This document shows positions 9,615 to 20,699 of a DNA stretch of 64,000 nucleotides, piece after piece. Position 1 is the stretch's first letter. Each line of letters starts with the position of its first letter. Source of the stretch: Burkholderiales bacterium (GTDB lineage Bacteria; Pseudomonadota; Gammaproteobacteria; Burkholderiales; SG8-39); assembly GCA_035517095.1 (NCBI GenBank), contig DATIZK010000012.1:8843-72842 (forward strand), written 5' to 3'. The notes under the pieces were generated by a model. That model worked only from the letters and a program-made list of their open reading frames with translations. It ran no database searches and was not told the DNA's origin. The translations under genes were made by a program, and so were the position numbers.

Positions 9615-12600
9615 TCAGTAGCCGCCGACCGTCGGATTTGCCGGCGGCTTGAGCTTTTCGACATTCGGATCGCTCCAGGTTCCCGTGATCTTGTAATCGT
9701 AGGAAAAAATCTGGCCCAGCGGGTTCTTGAGTATGCGCTGGGCGATCGCCGAGGCGACGCCGATGAGCGGATGGAGCAGACCGATGACGGTCGAGGCGCT
9801 GTCGCCCAGGCCCGGCACCACGCGCACCGTGAGGTCCTGCGTTTCCTGCGCGAGGTCGGTCTGGCCGTTCATCGACACGTCCGCCGCGGCGCCGTGCATC
9901 TTGAAGTCCTTGGTCGTCATCACCCCCTGCCGGATCTGCAGCGTGCCGCCGATGCTGTCGAACTGGAAGCCCTTGGAGAACACGTCGCGGAAGTCGAGCG
10001 TGATGCGCCGCGGCAGCATCTGCAGGCTCATAAGCGACACCAGCTTGCCGATTCCGGGCTCGATCTCGAGGAACTGGCCGTCCTTCGCGCTAAGCGTCAG
10101 CTCGCCCGCGAGCGAAGGGTAGTCGATGCTCAAGGGGCCGTCGTTCCAATTCAGCGTGCCGCCCAGGGTCGCCTTGCCGCCCTTGACCAGATCCTTGTAG
10201 CCGATGCGGTCGAGGAACTTGCCGGCGTCGTTGGCCTTGAGCTCGAACTTGAGCTCGGTGGAGGACGCAGGGCCGCCGTGCCAGGTGCCGCTGCCGGTCA
10301 TCGACGCGTCGGGATTCACCATCGCCAGCCGCTCTATGCGCCAGTCCTCGCCCACGTGCTGCGCGGCGACCTCGACCCGGCCGAGCTGCTTGCCGCGAAA
10401 GGCGAAGCGGTCGGCGACCAGGTCGAGCGCGGGCAGGTCCTTGATGTCGTGTTCGCCCTTGCCCGCCGCCTCCTGCCCGGGCGTATCGCCGGGAATCGTG
10501 AAGCGCGCCAGGCGCGCGATCAGCTTGCCGTTGCCGGCGCCGCGATAGGCCAGGTCGCCGGCGAGCTGATCGGCCTGCACGTTGGCCGACCAGCCCTCCG
10601 CGTCCGCGCCGCCTTTGAGCGTGACCCCGGTCACGCGCTTGCCGAAGGCGTCCAGCGTGTCGAGCCTGAGGTCGACGCTTACCGGCCCGCCTGCCGAGCC
10701 GCCCCCCGGGAACAGCGCCAGCCAGCGGTCGAGGTCGAGGCTGGGAGTCGAGCCGTACAGCAGCACGCCCGGGCGCTCGGGAATGCGCAGCGCGGCCCCG
10801 TGCCTCGGCCCGAGCGCGATCGAAGCGCGCTGCACCGCCATCTGCGCGCCGGAGCGCTGGCGCAGGATCTCGGCCGCGAGCCGGTCGCCGAGCGTGAGCG
10901 AGATGCGGTCGCGCGCGTCGGCCGTTCCCGGCAGCAGCTCGAGCTTGAGCGGCAAGGCCTTGCCCGCGGCCTTGTCCAGCGGCGGCGGCAGGGCGCTCGC
11001 GACGTCTCGCAACGAGGACTCGAGGCGAAGCTGCACGTTGCCGTTGCGCACCGATGCGGTCGCCACGTAAGCCGCTGCGCCGGACAGCAAGCCCCCCCAG
11101 CGGGGGGCCGCGAGCGCGCGCAGGCCGCCGAGCTCGACCTGCCCGCGCGCGACGACCCGGACCCCGGCGCCGGGTGCGCTGCCGCCGTTGATCCTTACCG
11201 GCCCGCCGAGAAACCGGCCTTGCACGTCGTGCACCGTCACGCCCGACTCGCTGAAGCTGACCGTGCCGCCGGCCTGCTCGATCGGCGGCAACTGCGGCAT
11301 CAGGGTCAGGCTGTTGCCGGCGAAGCGGAACTCGCCCGCCACCTTGGTCGCCTCCGGCTTGCCCAGCGGCAGCTCGAGCTTGAGCGTCAAGCTGCCGCGT
11401 CCGGAGGCGCGCATCGCATCGGTCAGGCCGCCCACCATGCCGCGCACCGGGCTGCCGGCGATGAAAGCCAGGAACGCGCCGCTCGGCCCCTCCGCGGTGC
11501 CCGCGATCAAGAGCAGGTGCTGCGGCGCGGTCAGGCTCGAGATGCCCACGCGCACGTCCGAGAGCCGCGCGCCGTACACGCTGGCGGAGTGGCCCACGAT
11601 GGTCATCTTGTCGCGCTCGAACAGCAGCTCGCCGTCGATGTCCTCGATGCGAGGCCACTTGGGCCCGACCTGCAGCGTGCCCTTGCTGACGTGCGCACCG
11701 ACCTGGAACTGTCCGCTGGCCGGATCGACGAAGGGAAAGTCGCGCAGGTCGCCCTTGAGCCGCAGCGTCACGTCGCTCGCCTGCCCGGACACGATCGCCG
11801 CGGCGAGCCAGGTGCGCGGTGCCTCGCCCATGATGCTTGCGAGCGGCAGGTAGCGCACGACCTGGCTGCCGTCGGCGCGCGAAAGCCGGGCCGACAGGTC
11901 GATCGTGCCGGGACCCGAGTCGTCGCGCCAGGTGTAGGTTCCGGATGCGCTTCCGGCGAGGTGGGGGTTGGAGAAATTGAGCGCGGACAGGCGCACGTCG
12001 ATCGCGCCGGTCTTCGCGCGCTGCCAGTCTATCTGCCCGCTCAGCTCGTCGAACCGGATGCGCGGCTCGGGAAACACCTTCGGCAGGCTGAGCTCGGTGG
12101 CGCGCGAGGCGAGGTAGATCCGGCCTTGCTCGCCGCTTGCGTCCAGGCTGCCCGAGAGGCCGGCAAACCCGGGCACCTTGTTCCAGGCGTTCACCGCCAC
12201 GCGGGCGAAGCGCGACCTGACGCGGAACTGGTCCGCCTCGGGCAGCGGGCCGTTCCAGCTGAACGCCAGGTCGAGCAGGTTGCCGCGCGGCGCGAGCTGC
12301 TCGAGCAGCTCGCGCAGCTTGGCCGGAAAGGGCAGGAAGGCCGCGAGCTGCGCCAGCGGCTCGAGCTCGACCAGGTTGGCGCTCGCCGAGCCGTGCTCGG
12401 GGACCTGCGCCGAGCGCGGCGACCAGGCGACGCTGAAGCTGGTCGGGTGCAGCGTCAGGCCCGCGGCGCCGCTCAGGGCGAGGTTGTTGGCCGAGATTTC
12501 GTAGCCCTGCTCCTTGACGCGGGTTTGCAGCCGCCCGCGCAGGCTCTGCAGTTCGAGCAGCGGCAGATCGGCGGCGAGCCGCACGGCGACCCCGGTAAGG

Positions 12601-13433
12601 GCCACGTCCACGGTGCCCTGCAGCAGCTTTCCTGCGCCGAGCGTGGCCCACAGCCTGAGCGCGCCCTGCCCGCGCTGCAGGTCGACCGGGTAGTCGATCC
12701 AGGCGCGCCAGCCGGCGAGGTCCGTATTGCCGATCTCGGCATAGACGCGGCCGTTCCATGCCGCCAGGTCGGCGACGCTGCGGCCGATCAACTCGGCGCG
12801 CAGCTCGAGGTCGGCGCCGAGCGCCTCCGGCGGGCGGGCCGAAAGACCCATGGCGTGCCTGTCGCCCGCGCTGCGCAGCCGGAAGTCGAGCGCGTGCAGC
12901 TCGAGCGAAGGTGCGCCGCGCATCTCGTCGCGCCACTCGATCTCGGCGTTGTGCACCACGATTTCGCGCTGGCCGAGCACCCAGTCGCCGAAGCCGCCGG
13001 CGGGCCCGGCGCCCGCGAGCTGCATCCCGGCGATGTATATCGCGCCCGCGGCGTCGCGCCGCACGGTCAGCTTGGGCGCCTCGACGGTAAGCGAGCGCAG
13101 GCGCAGGTCGAGGTACAGCAGCGAGCGCCACGAGACGACGTTCTCGACCGCGGGCAGCACCAGCGCAACGCGCCCGGCGCGGTCGTAGATGCGCAAGTCG
13201 GTGAAACTCAGCTGCGGGCGCAGCCCTTGCCAGTTTGCCTCGATGGTGCCGATCTTCACCTGCAGCCCGATCGAGCGCGAAATGGCGGCGACGATTTGCT
13301 CGCGATAGTCCTCGATGTGCGGCAGCACCCAGTAGCGCAGCGCGAGGAACGCGCACGCGACGGCCATCAACGCGGACCAAGCGAGCCACTCGAGCACCCG
13401 CAGCCAGAGCGGGAGTCGGGTTTCGGTTTGCAT
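9615..13433 (-). CDS. yhdP: YhdP/AsmA-like large envelope protein (TIGR02099-type, about 1272 aa)
   Basis: Track ORF 9615..13508, trimmed to ATG 13433: MQTETRLPLWLRVLEWLAWSALMAVACAFLALRYWVLPHIEDYREQI... It has an N-terminal TM anchor and a long beta-rich body. It lies immediately upstream of tldD, as in E. coli. Confidence 0.85.
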   Translation of the reverse strand: MQTETRLPLWLRVLEWLAWSALMAVACAFLALRYWVLPHIEDYREQIVAAISRSIGLQVKIGTIEANWQGLRPQLSFTDLRIYDRAGRVALVLPAVENVVSWRSLLYLDLRLRSLTVEAPKLTVRRDAAGAIYIAGMQLAGAGPAGGFGDWVLGQREIVVHNAEIEWRDEMRGAPSLELHALDFRLRSAGDRHAMGLSARPPEALGADLELRAELIGRSVADLAAWNGRVYAEIGNTDLAGWRAWIDYPVDLQRGQGALRLWATLGAGKLLQGTVDVALTGVAVRLAADLPLLELQSLRGRLQTRVKEQGYEISANNLALSGAAGLTLHPTSFSVAWSPRSAQVPEHGSASANLVELEPLAQLAAFLPFPAKLRELLEQLAPRGNLLDLAFSWNGPLPEADQFRVRSRFARVAVNAWNKVPGFAGLSGSLDASGEQGRIYLASRATELSLPKVFPEPRIRFDELSGQIDWQRAKTGAIDVRLSALNFSNPHLAGSASGTYTWRDDSGPGTIDLSARLSRADGSQVVRYLPLASIMGEAPRTWLAAAIVSGQASDVTLRLKGDLRDFPFVDPASGQFQVGAHVSKGTLQVGPKWPRIEDIDGELLFERDKMTIVGHSASVYGARLSDVRVGISSLTAPQHLLLIAGTAEGPSGAFLAFIAGSPVRGMVGGLTDAMRASGRGSLTLKLELPLGKPEATKVAGEFRFAGNSLTLMPQLPPIEQAGGTVSFSESGVTVHDVQGRFLGGPVRINGGSAPGAGVRVVARGQVELGGLRALAAPRWGGLLSGAAAYVATASVRNGNVQLRLESSLRDVASALPPPLDKAAGKALPLKLELLPGTADARDRISLTLGDRLAAEILRQRSGAQMAVQRASIALGPRHGAALRIPERPGVLLYGSTPSLDLDRWLALFPGGGSAGGPVSVDLRLDTLDAFGKRVTGVTLKGGADAEGWSANVQADQLAGDLAYRGAGNGKLIARLARFTIPGDTPGQEAAGKGEHDIKDLPALDLVADRFAFRGKQLGRVEVAAQHVGEDWRIERLAMVNPDASMTGSGTWHGGPASSTELKFELKANDAGKFLDRIGYKDLVKGGKATLGGTLNWNDGPLSIDYPSLAGELTLSAKDGQFLEIEPGIGKLVSLMSLQMLPRRITLDFRDVFSKGFQFDSIGGTLQIRQGVMTTKDFKMHGAAADVSMNGQTDLAQETQDLTVRVVPGLGDSASTVIGLLHPLIGVASAIAQRILKNPLGQIFSYDYKITGTWSDPNVEKLKPPANPTVGGY

Positions 13434-13540
13434 CGTGCTTCGCGTTGCCCCTATAGTCCGTGAGCGGGCGACTGTGCGCACCGAGCCCGCTCGTATTTTA
13501 GACCGCAAATATCGACCCCGATCCGGAATTCGCCGAAATC

Positions 13541-16204
13541 TTGAGCCTGAGCCAGATTCCCTCGATGCTCGAGCCCTCGCGCTACGCGCGCCATGCGCTC
13601 GAGGCGCAGCCCGCGCTCGCGGCCGAGCTCGTCGCGCCGCAGCCGTTCACGCGCGCGCAGATGGACGCGGCGCTGGACGGGGCGCAAGGCGACGACGAGC
13701 CGGCGCTCAAGCGCCGCCTGCGCCGCCTGCGCCGGCGCGTGCTGCTGCGGGTGATGGCGCGCGACCTCTCCGGCGCGGCCGACCTGGCCGAGGTCTGCGG
13801 CACGATGAGCGACCTGGCCGAGGCGTCGATCGCCGCGGCGCTCGCCTGGGCCGAGGCGGGCCAGGCCGCCCAGTCCGGCCGCCCGCGCGGCGCCGGCGGC
13901 GCGCCGCAGCCGCTGGTGGTGGTCGGCATGGGCAAGCTCGGCGGGCGCGAGCTCAACGTCTCCTCGGACGTCGACCTGGTGTTCGTCTACCCCGAGGAAG
14001 GCGAGACCGACGGCGCGCAGCGGCTGTCCAACCACGAGCACTTCGCGCGCGTGGGGCGCAAGCTGATCGCGCTGCTGGGCGACATCACCGAGGACGGCTT
14101 CGCGTTCCGGGTCGACATGCGCCTGCGCCCCTACGGCGAGTCGGGCCCGCTGGTGGCGAGCTTCGAGGCGCTGGAGAACTACCTGGTGAGCCAGGGGCGC
14201 GAATGGGAGCGCTACGCCTGGATCAAGGCGCGCGCCCTTACCGGAGGCGCTGCGCGCGAAAGAGAGCTCGAGGCGATCGTGCGCCCGTTCGTCTACCGCA
14301 GGTACCTCGACTACGGCACGCTCGCCGCGATGCGCCGCCTGCACGCCGAGGTCAGGCGCGAGGTCGAGCGGCGCGAGCTGGCCGAGCACGTCAAGCTCGG
14401 GCCGGGCGGGATCCGCGAGATCGAGTTCGTGGTCCAGGCGCTGCAGCTGGTGCGCGGCGGGCGCGACCCCGAGCTCGCGCTGCGCCCGACGCTCGCGGCG
14501 CTCGAGCGGCTCGGCGCGCGCCGGCTGCTGCCGCAGGACGCCGCGCGCGAGCTGGCCGAGGCCTACCGGTTCCTGCGCCGGGTCGAGCACAGGCTGCAAT
14601 ACCTCGACGACCGGCAGACCCACACCCTGCCCTCGGGCGAGGACGATCGCGCGCGCGTCGCGGCGATGTGCGGCTTCGGCTCCTGGGGCGCGTTCGCGGC
14701 CGCGCTCGGGGCGCAGCGCGAGCGCGTGACGCGCCACTTCCAGGCGGTGTTCGCCGAAACGCAGGACAACGCCGCCGGCGAGCTGTGGCAGGACGACCGC
14801 GCGGCGCTCGCGCAGGCGCTCGCCGCGCGCGGCTATCGCGACCCGGCGGGCAGCGCGGCGCGGCTGGCCGCGGTGCGCGCCAGCCAGCGCTACCAGAGCC
14901 TGCCCAAGGACTCGCGCCGGCGCTTCGACGCGCTCGCGCCGGCGCTCGCCGGCGCGGCCGCGGCGAGCGCCGACCCGGACGCCACGCTCGCGCGCGGCCT
15001 GGCGCTGATCGAGGCGATCGCGCGCCGCGCGGCGTATCTCGCGCTGCTCGCGGAGCATCCCGAGGCGCTCGAGCGCGTGGCGCGCATCGTCGCGGCCTCG
15101 AGCTGGGCGGCCGAGTTCGTCACCCGCCACCCGCTGCTGCTCGATGAGCTGCTCGACGACCGCGTGCTGTACGCGCCGCCCGACTGGGGCGCGTTCGGGC
15201 GCGCCCTGCGCGCGCTGCTCGCGGCGCACGAGGGCGACCCCGAGCGGCAGATGGACGTGCTGCGCGAGCAGCACCAGGCGCAGGTGTTCCGCCTGCTGGC
15301 GCAGGACCTGGCCGGCCTGCTGACGGTCGAGCGGCTCGCCGACCACCTCTCGGCGCTCGCCGACCTGACGCTCGAGGCGGCGCTCGAGCTCGCCTGGCAC
15401 CAGCTGCGGCGCCATCGCGAGGGCGCGCCGCGCTTCGCCGTGGTCGCCTACGGCAAGCTCGGCGGCAAGGAGCTCGGCTACGCCTCCGACCTCGACCTGA
15501 TCTTTCTCCACGACGACCCCGACGAGCGCGCGCCCGAGGTCTACGCGCGGCTGGCGCAGAAGCTCAACCTGCTGCTCACCACGCGCACCGCCGCGGGCGT
15601 GCTGTTCGCGACCGACCTGCGCCTGCGCCCGAGCGGCGCGAGCGGGCTGATGGTGTCGACCCTGGCGGCGTTCGAGCAGTACCAGGAGCAGCAGGCCTGG
15701 GTGTGGGAGCACCAGGCGCTCACCCGGGCGCGCTTCTGCGCCGGCGACGCCGCGATCGGCGCCGCGTTCGAGGCCATCCGCGAGCGCATCCTGCGCCGCA
15801 GGCGCGACCCCGCCGCGCTCGCGCGCGAGGTGCTCGCGATGCGCGCCAAGATGCACGCCGCGCACCCGAACCCGAGCGGCCTGTTCGACGTCAAGCACGA
15901 CGCGGGAGGGATGATCGACATCGAGTTCATCGTCCAGTTCGTGGTGCTGGCGCACGCGCACGATCAGCCGCAGCTGGTGCGCAACCTGGGCAACATCGCG
16001 CTGCTCGGCATCGCGGGCGAGCTCGGGCTGATCCCGGCCGAGCTCGCCACCGCCTGCCGCGCCGCCTACCGCGAGTTCCGCCGCGTGCAGCACGCGCTGC
16101 GCCTGAACGGAGCGGACTACGCGCGCGTGCCGCCGGCGCAGCTCGCCGCGCAGGCGGACGCCGTGCGAGCGCTCTGGCATGCGGCCTTCGCGCCGTATCG
16201 CTAG
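13541..16204 (+). CDS. glnE: Bifunctional glutamine synthetase adenylyltransferase/adenylyl-removing enzyme
   Basis: Track ORF, 887 aa: two nucleotidyltransferase halves (GMGKLGGRELNVSSDVDLVFVY and AYGKLGGKELGYASDLDLIFLH). The track start at 13541 is TTG; ATG at 13565 is an alternative. Confidence 0.95.
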   Translation: MSLSQIPSMLEPSRYARHALEAQPALAAELVAPQPFTRAQMDAALDGAQGDDEPALKRRLRRLRRRVLLRVMARDLSGAADLAEVCGTMSDLAEASIAAALAWAEAGQAAQSGRPRGAGGAPQPLVVVGMGKLGGRELNVSSDVDLVFVYPEEGETDGAQRLSNHEHFARVGRKLIALLGDITEDGFAFRVDMRLRPYGESGPLVASFEALENYLVSQGREWERYAWIKARALTGGAARERELEAIVRPFVYRRYLDYGTLAAMRRLHAEVRREVERRELAEHVKLGPGGIREIEFVVQALQLVRGGRDPELALRPTLAALERLGARRLLPQDAARELAEAYRFLRRVEHRLQYLDDRQTHTLPSGEDDRARVAAMCGFGSWGAFAAALGAQRERVTRHFQAVFAETQDNAAGELWQDDRAALAQALAARGYRDPAGSAARLAAVRASQRYQSLPKDSRRRFDALAPALAGAAAASADPDATLARGLALIEAIARRAAYLALLAEHPEALERVARIVAASSWAAEFVTRHPLLLDELLDDRVLYAPPDWGAFGRALRALLAAHEGDPERQMDVLREQHQAQVFRLLAQDLAGLLTVERLADHLSALADLTLEAALELAWHQLRRHREGAPRFAVVAYGKLGGKELGYASDLDLIFLHDDPDERAPEVYARLAQKLNLLLTTRTAAGVLFATDLRLRPSGASGLMVSTLAAFEQYQEQQAWVWEHQALTRARFCAGDAAIGAAFEAIRERILRRRRDPAALAREVLAMRAKMHAAHPNPSGLFDVKHDAGGMIDIEFIVQFVVLAHAHDQPQLVRNLGNIALLGIAGELGLIPAELATACRAAYREFRRVQHALRLNGADYARVPPAQLAAQADAVRALWHAAFAPYR

Positions 16205-17592
16205 CGCCCGGCCGGAGCCTGCCAGCCGCCGCCCAGCGCCTTGATCAGCGCGACCGCGGCCACCAGGCGCTGGCCGTAGATCACCACCGCGGCGCGCTCG
16301 TTGCTGAGCTGGGTCGCCTGCACCGTGACCACGCTCAGGTAATCCACGGTGCCCGCCTTGTACTGGTTGAGGGTGAGCGCCACCGACTCGCGCGCGGAGC
16401 GCGCCGCCTCGTCCTGCACCGCGGCTTCCTGCTCGAGGATGCGCAGCGCGGCGAGGTTGTCCTCGACCTCCTGGAACGCGCCCAGCACGGTCTGGCGATA
16501 GCTGGCGACGCTCGCGTCGTAGGCCGCGATCGCCTGCTCGGTCTGCGCCCGGCGCAGGCCGGCGTCGAAGATCGACTGCACCAGGCTCGGCCCGATCGAC
16601 CAGAAGCGGTTCGGCGCGCTTATCCAGTCGGCCACGCTCGGACTCTGGAAGCCGCCGCTGGCCGACAGCGTCAGGTCCGGAAAGTAGGCCGACTTGGCCA
16701 CTCCGATCTGGGCGTTCGCCGCCGCCACGCGGCGCTCGGCGCCCGCGATGTCGGGCCGGCGCTCGAGCAGCTCGGAGGGCAGGCCCGGCGGAATGGCCGG
16801 CATGCCGATCGCGATCGAGGCCCGCGGCAGCGAGAACTGCGCCGGCGGCTTGCCCAGCAGGACCGCGATCGCGTGCTCGAGCTGCGCGCGCGCAACGCCT
16901 ACGTCGATCGCCTGCGCCTGGGTGCTCATGAGCTGCGTCTGCGCCTCGACCAGGTCGATCCTGCCGGCCACGCCGACCGCGTACTTGTTGCGCGTCAGCG
17001 CAAGCGACTTCTGGTACGCGCTCACCGTGTCGTCCAGCAGCTGGCGCTCGACGTCGAGCACGCGCAGCTGGAAGTAGTCGCTCGCGAGCTCCGACTGGGC
17101 CGACAGCCGCGCGTTGGCGAGATCGGCGGCGCTCGCCTCGGCGCCGGCGACGTTCGCTTCCACCTCGCGCCGCACCCGCCCCCAAAGGTCGGCTTCCCAC
17201 GACGCGTCGAGCGACAGCACGTGGCTGGTCGAGGCGGGGCCGCTCGCCGGGCTGCGGCCGCGGACGACCGAGACGCTGCCGCTTAGCGACGGGAACAGCG
17301 CCGCGCGCGCCTGCCCGACCAGCGCGCGCGCCTGGCGGTACTGGGCCTCGGCCAGGCGCAGGTTCTGGTTGCCGATCTCGATCTGCGCCACCAGCGCGTC
17401 GAGCTCCGGGTCGCCGAATACCTTCCACCACTGGCCGCGGCGCGCGGCGTCGTTGGGCTGCGCCGGCTTCCAGGCGCCGGCCTCCTTGTAGGCGGCCGGC
17501 ACTTCGACCTCGGGACGCCGGTAATCCGGGCCCGCCATGCAGCCGCCGAGGGCGGCGCCGAGAATGACGGCAAGTGCGACGCGCGGTTTCAT
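16201..17592 (-). CDS. RND efflux outer-membrane lipoprotein, NodT/OprM family (463 aa)
   Basis: Frame of track ORF 16201..20022 from ATG 17592: [37 protein letters not shown]...[14 protein letters not shown]. Lipobox LGGC. ATGA overlap with the upstream RND gene stop. Confidence 0.9.
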   Translation of the reverse strand: MKPRVALAVILGAALGGCMAGPDYRRPEVEVPAAYKEAGAWKPAQPNDAARRGQWWKVFGDPELDALVAQIEIGNQNLRLAEAQYRQARALVGQARAALFPSLSGSVSVVRGRSPASGPASTSHVLSLDASWEADLWGRVRREVEANVAGAEASAADLANARLSAQSELASDYFQLRVLDVERQLLDDTVSAYQKSLALTRNKYAVGVAGRIDLVEAQTQLMSTQAQAIDVGVARAQLEHAIAVLLGKPPAQFSLPRASIAIGMPAIPPGLPSELLERRPDIAGAERRVAAANAQIGVAKSAYFPDLTLSASGGFQSPSVADWISAPNRFWSIGPSLVQSIFDAGLRRAQTEQAIAAYDASVASYRQTVLGAFQEVEDNLAALRILEQEAAVQDEAARSARESVALTLNQYKAGTVDYLSVVTVQATQLSNERAAVVIYGQRLVAAVALIKALGGGWQAPAGR

Positions 17593-20500
17593 TGGGTCTC
17601 GCTGGCGACGGCGCCCGCGCGGCCGAGCCGCGTGCCGCGCCACAGGCGCAGGCACCACAGGCGCAGCCGGTCGAGGTACAGGTACACGACCGGCGTGGTG
17701 TAAAGGGTGAGCAGCTGGCTCACCATCAGGCCGCCGATGATCGACAGCCCGAGCGGGCGGCGCAGCTCGGCGCCGTAGCCGCCGGCGAGCGCGAGCGGCA
17801 GCGCGCCGAGCATCGCCGCCATGGTGGTCATCATGATCGGGCGGAAGCGCAGCAGGCAGGCTTCGAAGATCGCCTCGCGCGGCGGCTTGCCGTGCACGCG
17901 CTCGGTCTCGAGCGCGAAGTCGATCATCAGGATGGCGTTCTTCTTCACGATGCCGATCAGCAGGATCACCCCGATCAGCCCGATGATGCTGAACTCGGTG
18001 CGAAACGCGAGCAGCGCGAGAACCGCGCCCACGCCGGCCGAAGGCAGGGTCGAGAGGATCGTGATCGGATGCACGTAGCTCTCGTACAGGATGCCGAGCA
18101 CGATGTAGACCGTCACCAGGGCGGCCAGGATCAGCCATGGCTGGCTCTCGAGCGAGGCCTGGAAGGCGCGCGCGGTGCCCTGGAAGCTGCCGTGGATGTC
18201 GGAGGGCACGCCGATGCGCGCCATCGTGTCGCCGATCGCCTGCGTCGCCTGCGACAGCGACACCCCGGGAGCAAGGTTGAAGGAGATCGTCGCGGCCGCG
18301 AACTGGCCCTGGTGGTTGACCTGCAACGCGGTGTTGCTCGGCGCCCAGCGCGCGATGGCGGCGAGCGGGACGCGCCCGCCGCCCGAAGGGATGAGGTACA
18401 CGCCCTCGAGCGCCTCCGGGCTTTGCCAGTATTTCGGCGCCACTTCCATCACCACGTGGTACTGGTTGAGCGGAGCGTAGATGGTCGACACCAGGGCCTG
18501 GCCGAAGGCGAGGTTCAGCGCCGTGTCGATGTCCTTCGGCGTCAGGCCAAGACGAGCCGCCGCGTCGCGGTCGATGGTAAGCGAAGTCTGCAGCGCCTTG
18601 ACCTCCTGGTCGCTGTTGACGTCGACCACCTCGGGCACGTCGGCCAGCGCGTTCTGCAGGCGCGGGGTCCAGGTGCGAAGCGCCGCGAGGTCGTCGGCCT
18701 GCAGCGTGAACTGGTAGGCCGCGTTGCTCTGGCGGCCGCCGACGCGGATGTCCTGTACCGGCACCAGGAACAGGCGCGCGCCGGGCTCGTGCGCGAGCTT
18801 GCCGCGCAGGCGCACGATCACCTGCGCCGCGGACTGCTTGCGCGGGCCGAGCGGCTTGAGCGAGATGAACATGAAGCCCGAATTGGTGCGGCTGCCGCCG
18901 GTGAAGCCGACCACGTTCTCGACCGCCGGGTCGGTGCGGATGATGGTCATGAAGTCGGACAGCTTTTTCTGCATGGCCTGGAACGAGATCGCCTGGTCGG
19001 CCTGGATCGAGCCGATCAGGCGCCCGGTGTCCTGCTCGGGAAAGAACCCTTTCGGCACGATCACGTACAGGTAGACGTTCAGCGCGATGGTCGCCGCCAG
19101 GGTCAGCATCACGCTCTTGGGGTGGCGCAGCGCCCAGCCGAGGCTGGCGCGGTAGTGTCCCAGCAACCAGTCGAACACGCGCTCGCTCGCCAGGTACAGG
19201 CGCCCGGGGCGCGCTTCGTGCCGCGCCTTGAGCACGCGCGCGCACATCATCGGCGTGAGCGTGAGCGAAACCAGGAGCGAGATGCCGATCGCGACCGAGA
19301 GCGTGACCGCGAATTCGCGGAACAGCCGGCCGACGATGCCGCCCATGAGCAGGATCGGGGTGAACACCGCCACCAGCGACAGGCTCATCGACAGCACGGT
19401 GAAGCCGACCTCGCGCGCGCCGAGCAGCGCGGCCTCGAACGGCGCCATCCCCCGCTCGATGTGGCGCGTGGCGTTCTCCAGCACCACGATCGCGTCGTCC
19501 ACCACGAACCCGGTCGCGATCGCGAGCGCCATGAGCGAGAGGTTGTCCAGGCTGTAGCCGCACAGGTACATCACGCCGAAGGTTCCCACCAGCGACACCG
19601 GCACCGCGATGGCCGGGATAAGCGTGGTGCGCAGGTTGCGCAGGAACGCGAACACCACCAGGATCACCAGGCCGATCGCGATCAGCAGCGTGACCTCGAC
19701 TTCGCGCAGCGAGGCGCTGATGGTCGAGGTGCGCTCCATCGCGACCTTGACGTTTATCGACTGCGGAATCGAGGCCTCGAGCTGGGGCAGCTCCTCGCGC
19801 ACGCGGGCGGTGGTCTCGAGGATGTTGGCCCCGGGCTGCTTGTACAGGATCACCAGCACCGAGGGCTTGCCGTTCGACAGGCCGGCGTTGCGCACATCCT
19901 GCACCGAATCGATCACGTCGGCGAGGTCGGACACGCGCACCGGCGCGCCGTTGCGCCAGGTGACCACCAGCGGGCGGTACTGGCTCGCCTGGGTGGACTG
20001 GTCGTTGGCGTAGATCTGCCACTGGCGATCGCCTTGCTCCACCACGCCCTTGGGCCGGTTGGCGTTCGCGCTCGCGAGCGTGGCGGCGACCTGCGACAGG
20101 CTGATGCCGTAGTCGCTTAGCGCCTTCGGGTTGAGCTCCACGCGCACCGCCGGCAGCGAGCTGCCGCCCACCGTGACCTGGCCGATGCCGTCGAGCTGCG
20201 ACAGCTTCTGCGCCAGGATGGTGGAGGCGGCGTCGTACATCTGGCCGCGGTCGAGCGCGTCGGAGGTGAGCGCCAGGATCATGATCGGCGCGTCGGCCGG
20301 GTTGACCTTGCGGTAGGTCGGATTGCTCGGCAGGCCGGTGGGCAGCAGGCTGCGCGCGGCGTTGATCGCCGCCTGCACGTCGCGCGCGGCGCCGTTGATG
20401 TCGCGGTCGAGGTCGAACTGCAGCGTCACGCGGGTCGAGCCGATCGAGCTGGTCGAGGTGATCTCGGTCACCCCGGCGATGCGCCCGAGCGCGCGCTCCA

Positions 20501-20699
20501 GGGGCGTGGCCACGGTCGCCGCCATGGTCTCGGGGCTCGCCCCGGGCAGGCTGGCCGACACCGAGATGGTCGGGAAATCGACCTGCGGCAACGGCGCCAC
20601 CGGCAGCAGGGTGAACGCGACGACGCCCGACAGCGCCAGCCCCGCGGTAAGCAGCGTGGTGGCCACCGGGCGGCGGATGAACGGCTCGGAGAAGTTCAT
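17589..20699 (-). CDS. mdtC: RND multidrug efflux permease, MdtC-like (1036 aa)
   Basis: Frame of track ORF 17589..22334 from ATG 20699: [60 protein letters not shown]... It overlaps the mdtB stop by 4 nt. Confidence 0.92.
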   Translation of the reverse strand: MNFSEPFIRRPVATTLLTAGLALSGVVAFTLLPVAPLPQVDFPTISVSASLPGASPETMAATVATPLERALGRIAGVTEITSTSSIGSTRVTLQFDLDRDINGAARDVQAAINAARSLLPTGLPSNPTYRKVNPADAPIMILALTSDALDRGQMYDAASTILAQKLSQLDGIGQVTVGGSSLPAVRVELNPKALSDYGISLSQVAATLASANANRPKGVVEQGDRQWQIYANDQSTQASQYRPLVVTWRNGAPVRVSDLADVIDSVQDVRNAGLSNGKPSVLVILYKQPGANILETTARVREELPQLEASIPQSINVKVAMERTSTISASLREVEVTLLIAIGLVILVVFAFLRNLRTTLIPAIAVPVSLVGTFGVMYLCGYSLDNLSLMALAIATGFVVDDAIVVLENATRHIERGMAPFEAALLGAREVGFTVLSMSLSLVAVFTPILLMGGIVGRLFREFAVTLSVAIGISLLVSLTLTPMMCARVLKARHEARPGRLYLASERVFDWLLGHYRASLGWALRHPKSVMLTLAATIALNVYLYVIVPKGFFPEQDTGRLIGSIQADQAISFQAMQKKLSDFMTIIRTDPAVENVVGFTGGSRTNSGFMFISLKPLGPRKQSAAQVIVRLRGKLAHEPGARLFLVPVQDIRVGGRQSNAAYQFTLQADDLAALRTWTPRLQNALADVPEVVDVNSDQEVKALQTSLTIDRDAAARLGLTPKDIDTALNLAFGQALVSTIYAPLNQYHVVMEVAPKYWQSPEALEGVYLIPSGGGRVPLAAIARWAPSNTALQVNHQGQFAAATISFNLAPGVSLSQATQAIGDTMARIGVPSDIHGSFQGTARAFQASLESQPWLILAALVTVYIVLGILYESYVHPITILSTLPSAGVGAVLALLAFRTEFSIIGLIGVILLIGIVKKNAILMIDFALETERVHGKPPREAIFEACLLRFRPIMMTTMAAMLGALPLALAGGYGAELRRPLGLSIIGGLMVSQLLTLYTTPVVYLYLDRLRLWCLRLWRGTRLGRAGAVASETQ

